Source: Lytechinus pictus (lineage: Eukaryota). Taken from it: DNA of 64,000 nucleotides. The stretch's first letter is position 1. Each line of letters opens with the position of its first letter. Under the pieces are notes generated by a model that made no database searches, was not told the DNA's origin, and worked only from the letters and a program-made list of their open reading frames with translations. A program made the translations under genes and the position numbers. The stretch lies in contig NC_087252.1 in the NCBI RefSeq assembly GCF_037042905.1, positions 26,228,001 through 26,292,000 on the forward strand. Direction: 5' to 3'. Positions 1-64,000 of this stretch are shown piece by piece.

Positions 1-278
1 TTTTAACTTCCCACATCAATGAGGCGATCATGTTTATTCATATACATGTAACAGCAAAGGAGGCAAGAAACCCCAAAAGGTTACACCAAACATAACTATA
101 AATTATAGGGGAATTAATGAAGGGATTTCTCAGGCAATATTTCAATCGATTGAAAATACCTAATTTCAACTGATGAAGGTTACAAGCTACTAAAATCCAT
201 GTATCTGATTAGCTTAGAGCGAATTTGTCAGAGAATATCACAAACAAAATGCTTGTGAAAACCCTCTCCCACACTTAC

Positions 279-63227
<62,949 letters not shown>

Positions 63228-63269
63228 CTGTAATTGCAAGAAAAAACAACAAATAAACATTATCAAAAC

Positions 63270-63550
63270 GGTTGTGGCCCAGTGGATTAGTCCCCGGACT
63301 TTGAAACAGAGGGTCGTGGGTTCGAATCCCAGCCATGGCGTAATTTCCTTCAGCAAGAAACTGATCCACAATGTGCTGCACTCAACCCAGGTGAGGTAAA
63401 TGGGTACCGGTAGGAAGTAATTCCTTAAGAAGCTGTGTGCGCTTTGAACGCCTAGCTTAGCCGGGTAATAAAGGAGCACCTTGAGCACCTAACAAGGTGG
63501 ATATGTGCGCAATATAAATACCCTATATTATTATTATTATTATTATTATT
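63270..63550 (+). mobile_element. Full-length tRNA-derived SINE with Nin-like central motif
   Basis: A box tggcccagtgg, B box ggttcgaatccc, ctcaacccaggtgaggtaaatgggtacc, (tta)n tail. Confidence 0.85.
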
Positions 63551-63721
63551 TCCGAAGTTGAATATGTTCTCTGTTTAAGATAAGTGATGTTTTCTGCTAA
63601 AAGATACATCAAAAATAAGTCATATTTCTCTTTTTAGTTCCATCATATCTAAGTATTTGAATTGAGTGGTAAGGTTTTGTTGCTTGTTTTGTTGTGTGCT
63701 GTTTGGGATCTGGAAATTTCA

Positions 63722-63882
63722 AGGTCTAGTGGTTGTTACTCTTGCCTTTCAATCAGAGGGTCCTGGATTTGAATCCCAGCCATGGCATTTACTTCCATCA
63801 GCACAAATTTTATCTACATTGTGTTGCTCTTGATCCAAGTGAGGTAAATGAACACCTGGCAAGAATATTGATTCCTGTAAAT
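63722..63882 (+). mobile_element. Diverged partial copy of the same tRNA-SINE group
   Basis: ggtctagtgg..cagagggtc..tttgaatcccagccatggc..ccaagtgaggtaaatg. Confidence 0.6.
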
Positions 63883-64000
63883 ACTTATGCATCAGGGGAT
63901 CGTTTCATCAACATTTTTGTCTGACAAGTTGTCAGATCTGACAACTTTCCTTGATTCAGACTGGCTGTTACTATGGTATTTGTAAGATAAAACAGGATTT

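Noticed and set aside
63270..63345. tRNA-like sequence (also ~25065-25141 and ~37684-37740)
   Set aside because: Continues into a SINE body and (TTA)n tail and has dispersed homologs; these are SINE heads, not tRNA genes.

Overview
Eukaryotic (metazoan) AT-rich genomic DNA. The repeat content (TU-like foldback element, tRNA/Nin-type SINEs, ATT microsatellites) suggests a sea urchin; the taxon is an inference. The whole window lies inside one large minus-strand gene whose start and stop codons are outside the window. I traced by hand 64 exons, all phase 1-1 with lengths divisible by 3, totalling about 8,490 nt (about 2,830 aa). They encode 21 Ig-like domains alternating with 23 short 6-cysteine EGF-like domains. 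Twenty Ig domains are split into two half-domain exons and one is encoded by a single exon. One intron appears to have a GC donor. The introns carry many MITEs, tRNA-SINEs, L2/CR1 3' remnants, an 8.3-kb nested foldback transposon complex with a 9-bp target-site duplication (TSD), a MITE-derived 249-bp satellite and two copies of a SINE with a 7SL/Alu-like head. They also carry at least eight local degenerate copies ('echoes') of adjacent exon edges and splice sites. Most ORFs in the supplied track are exon fragments or repeat artefacts. All alignments and family calls were made by eye, with no database search.
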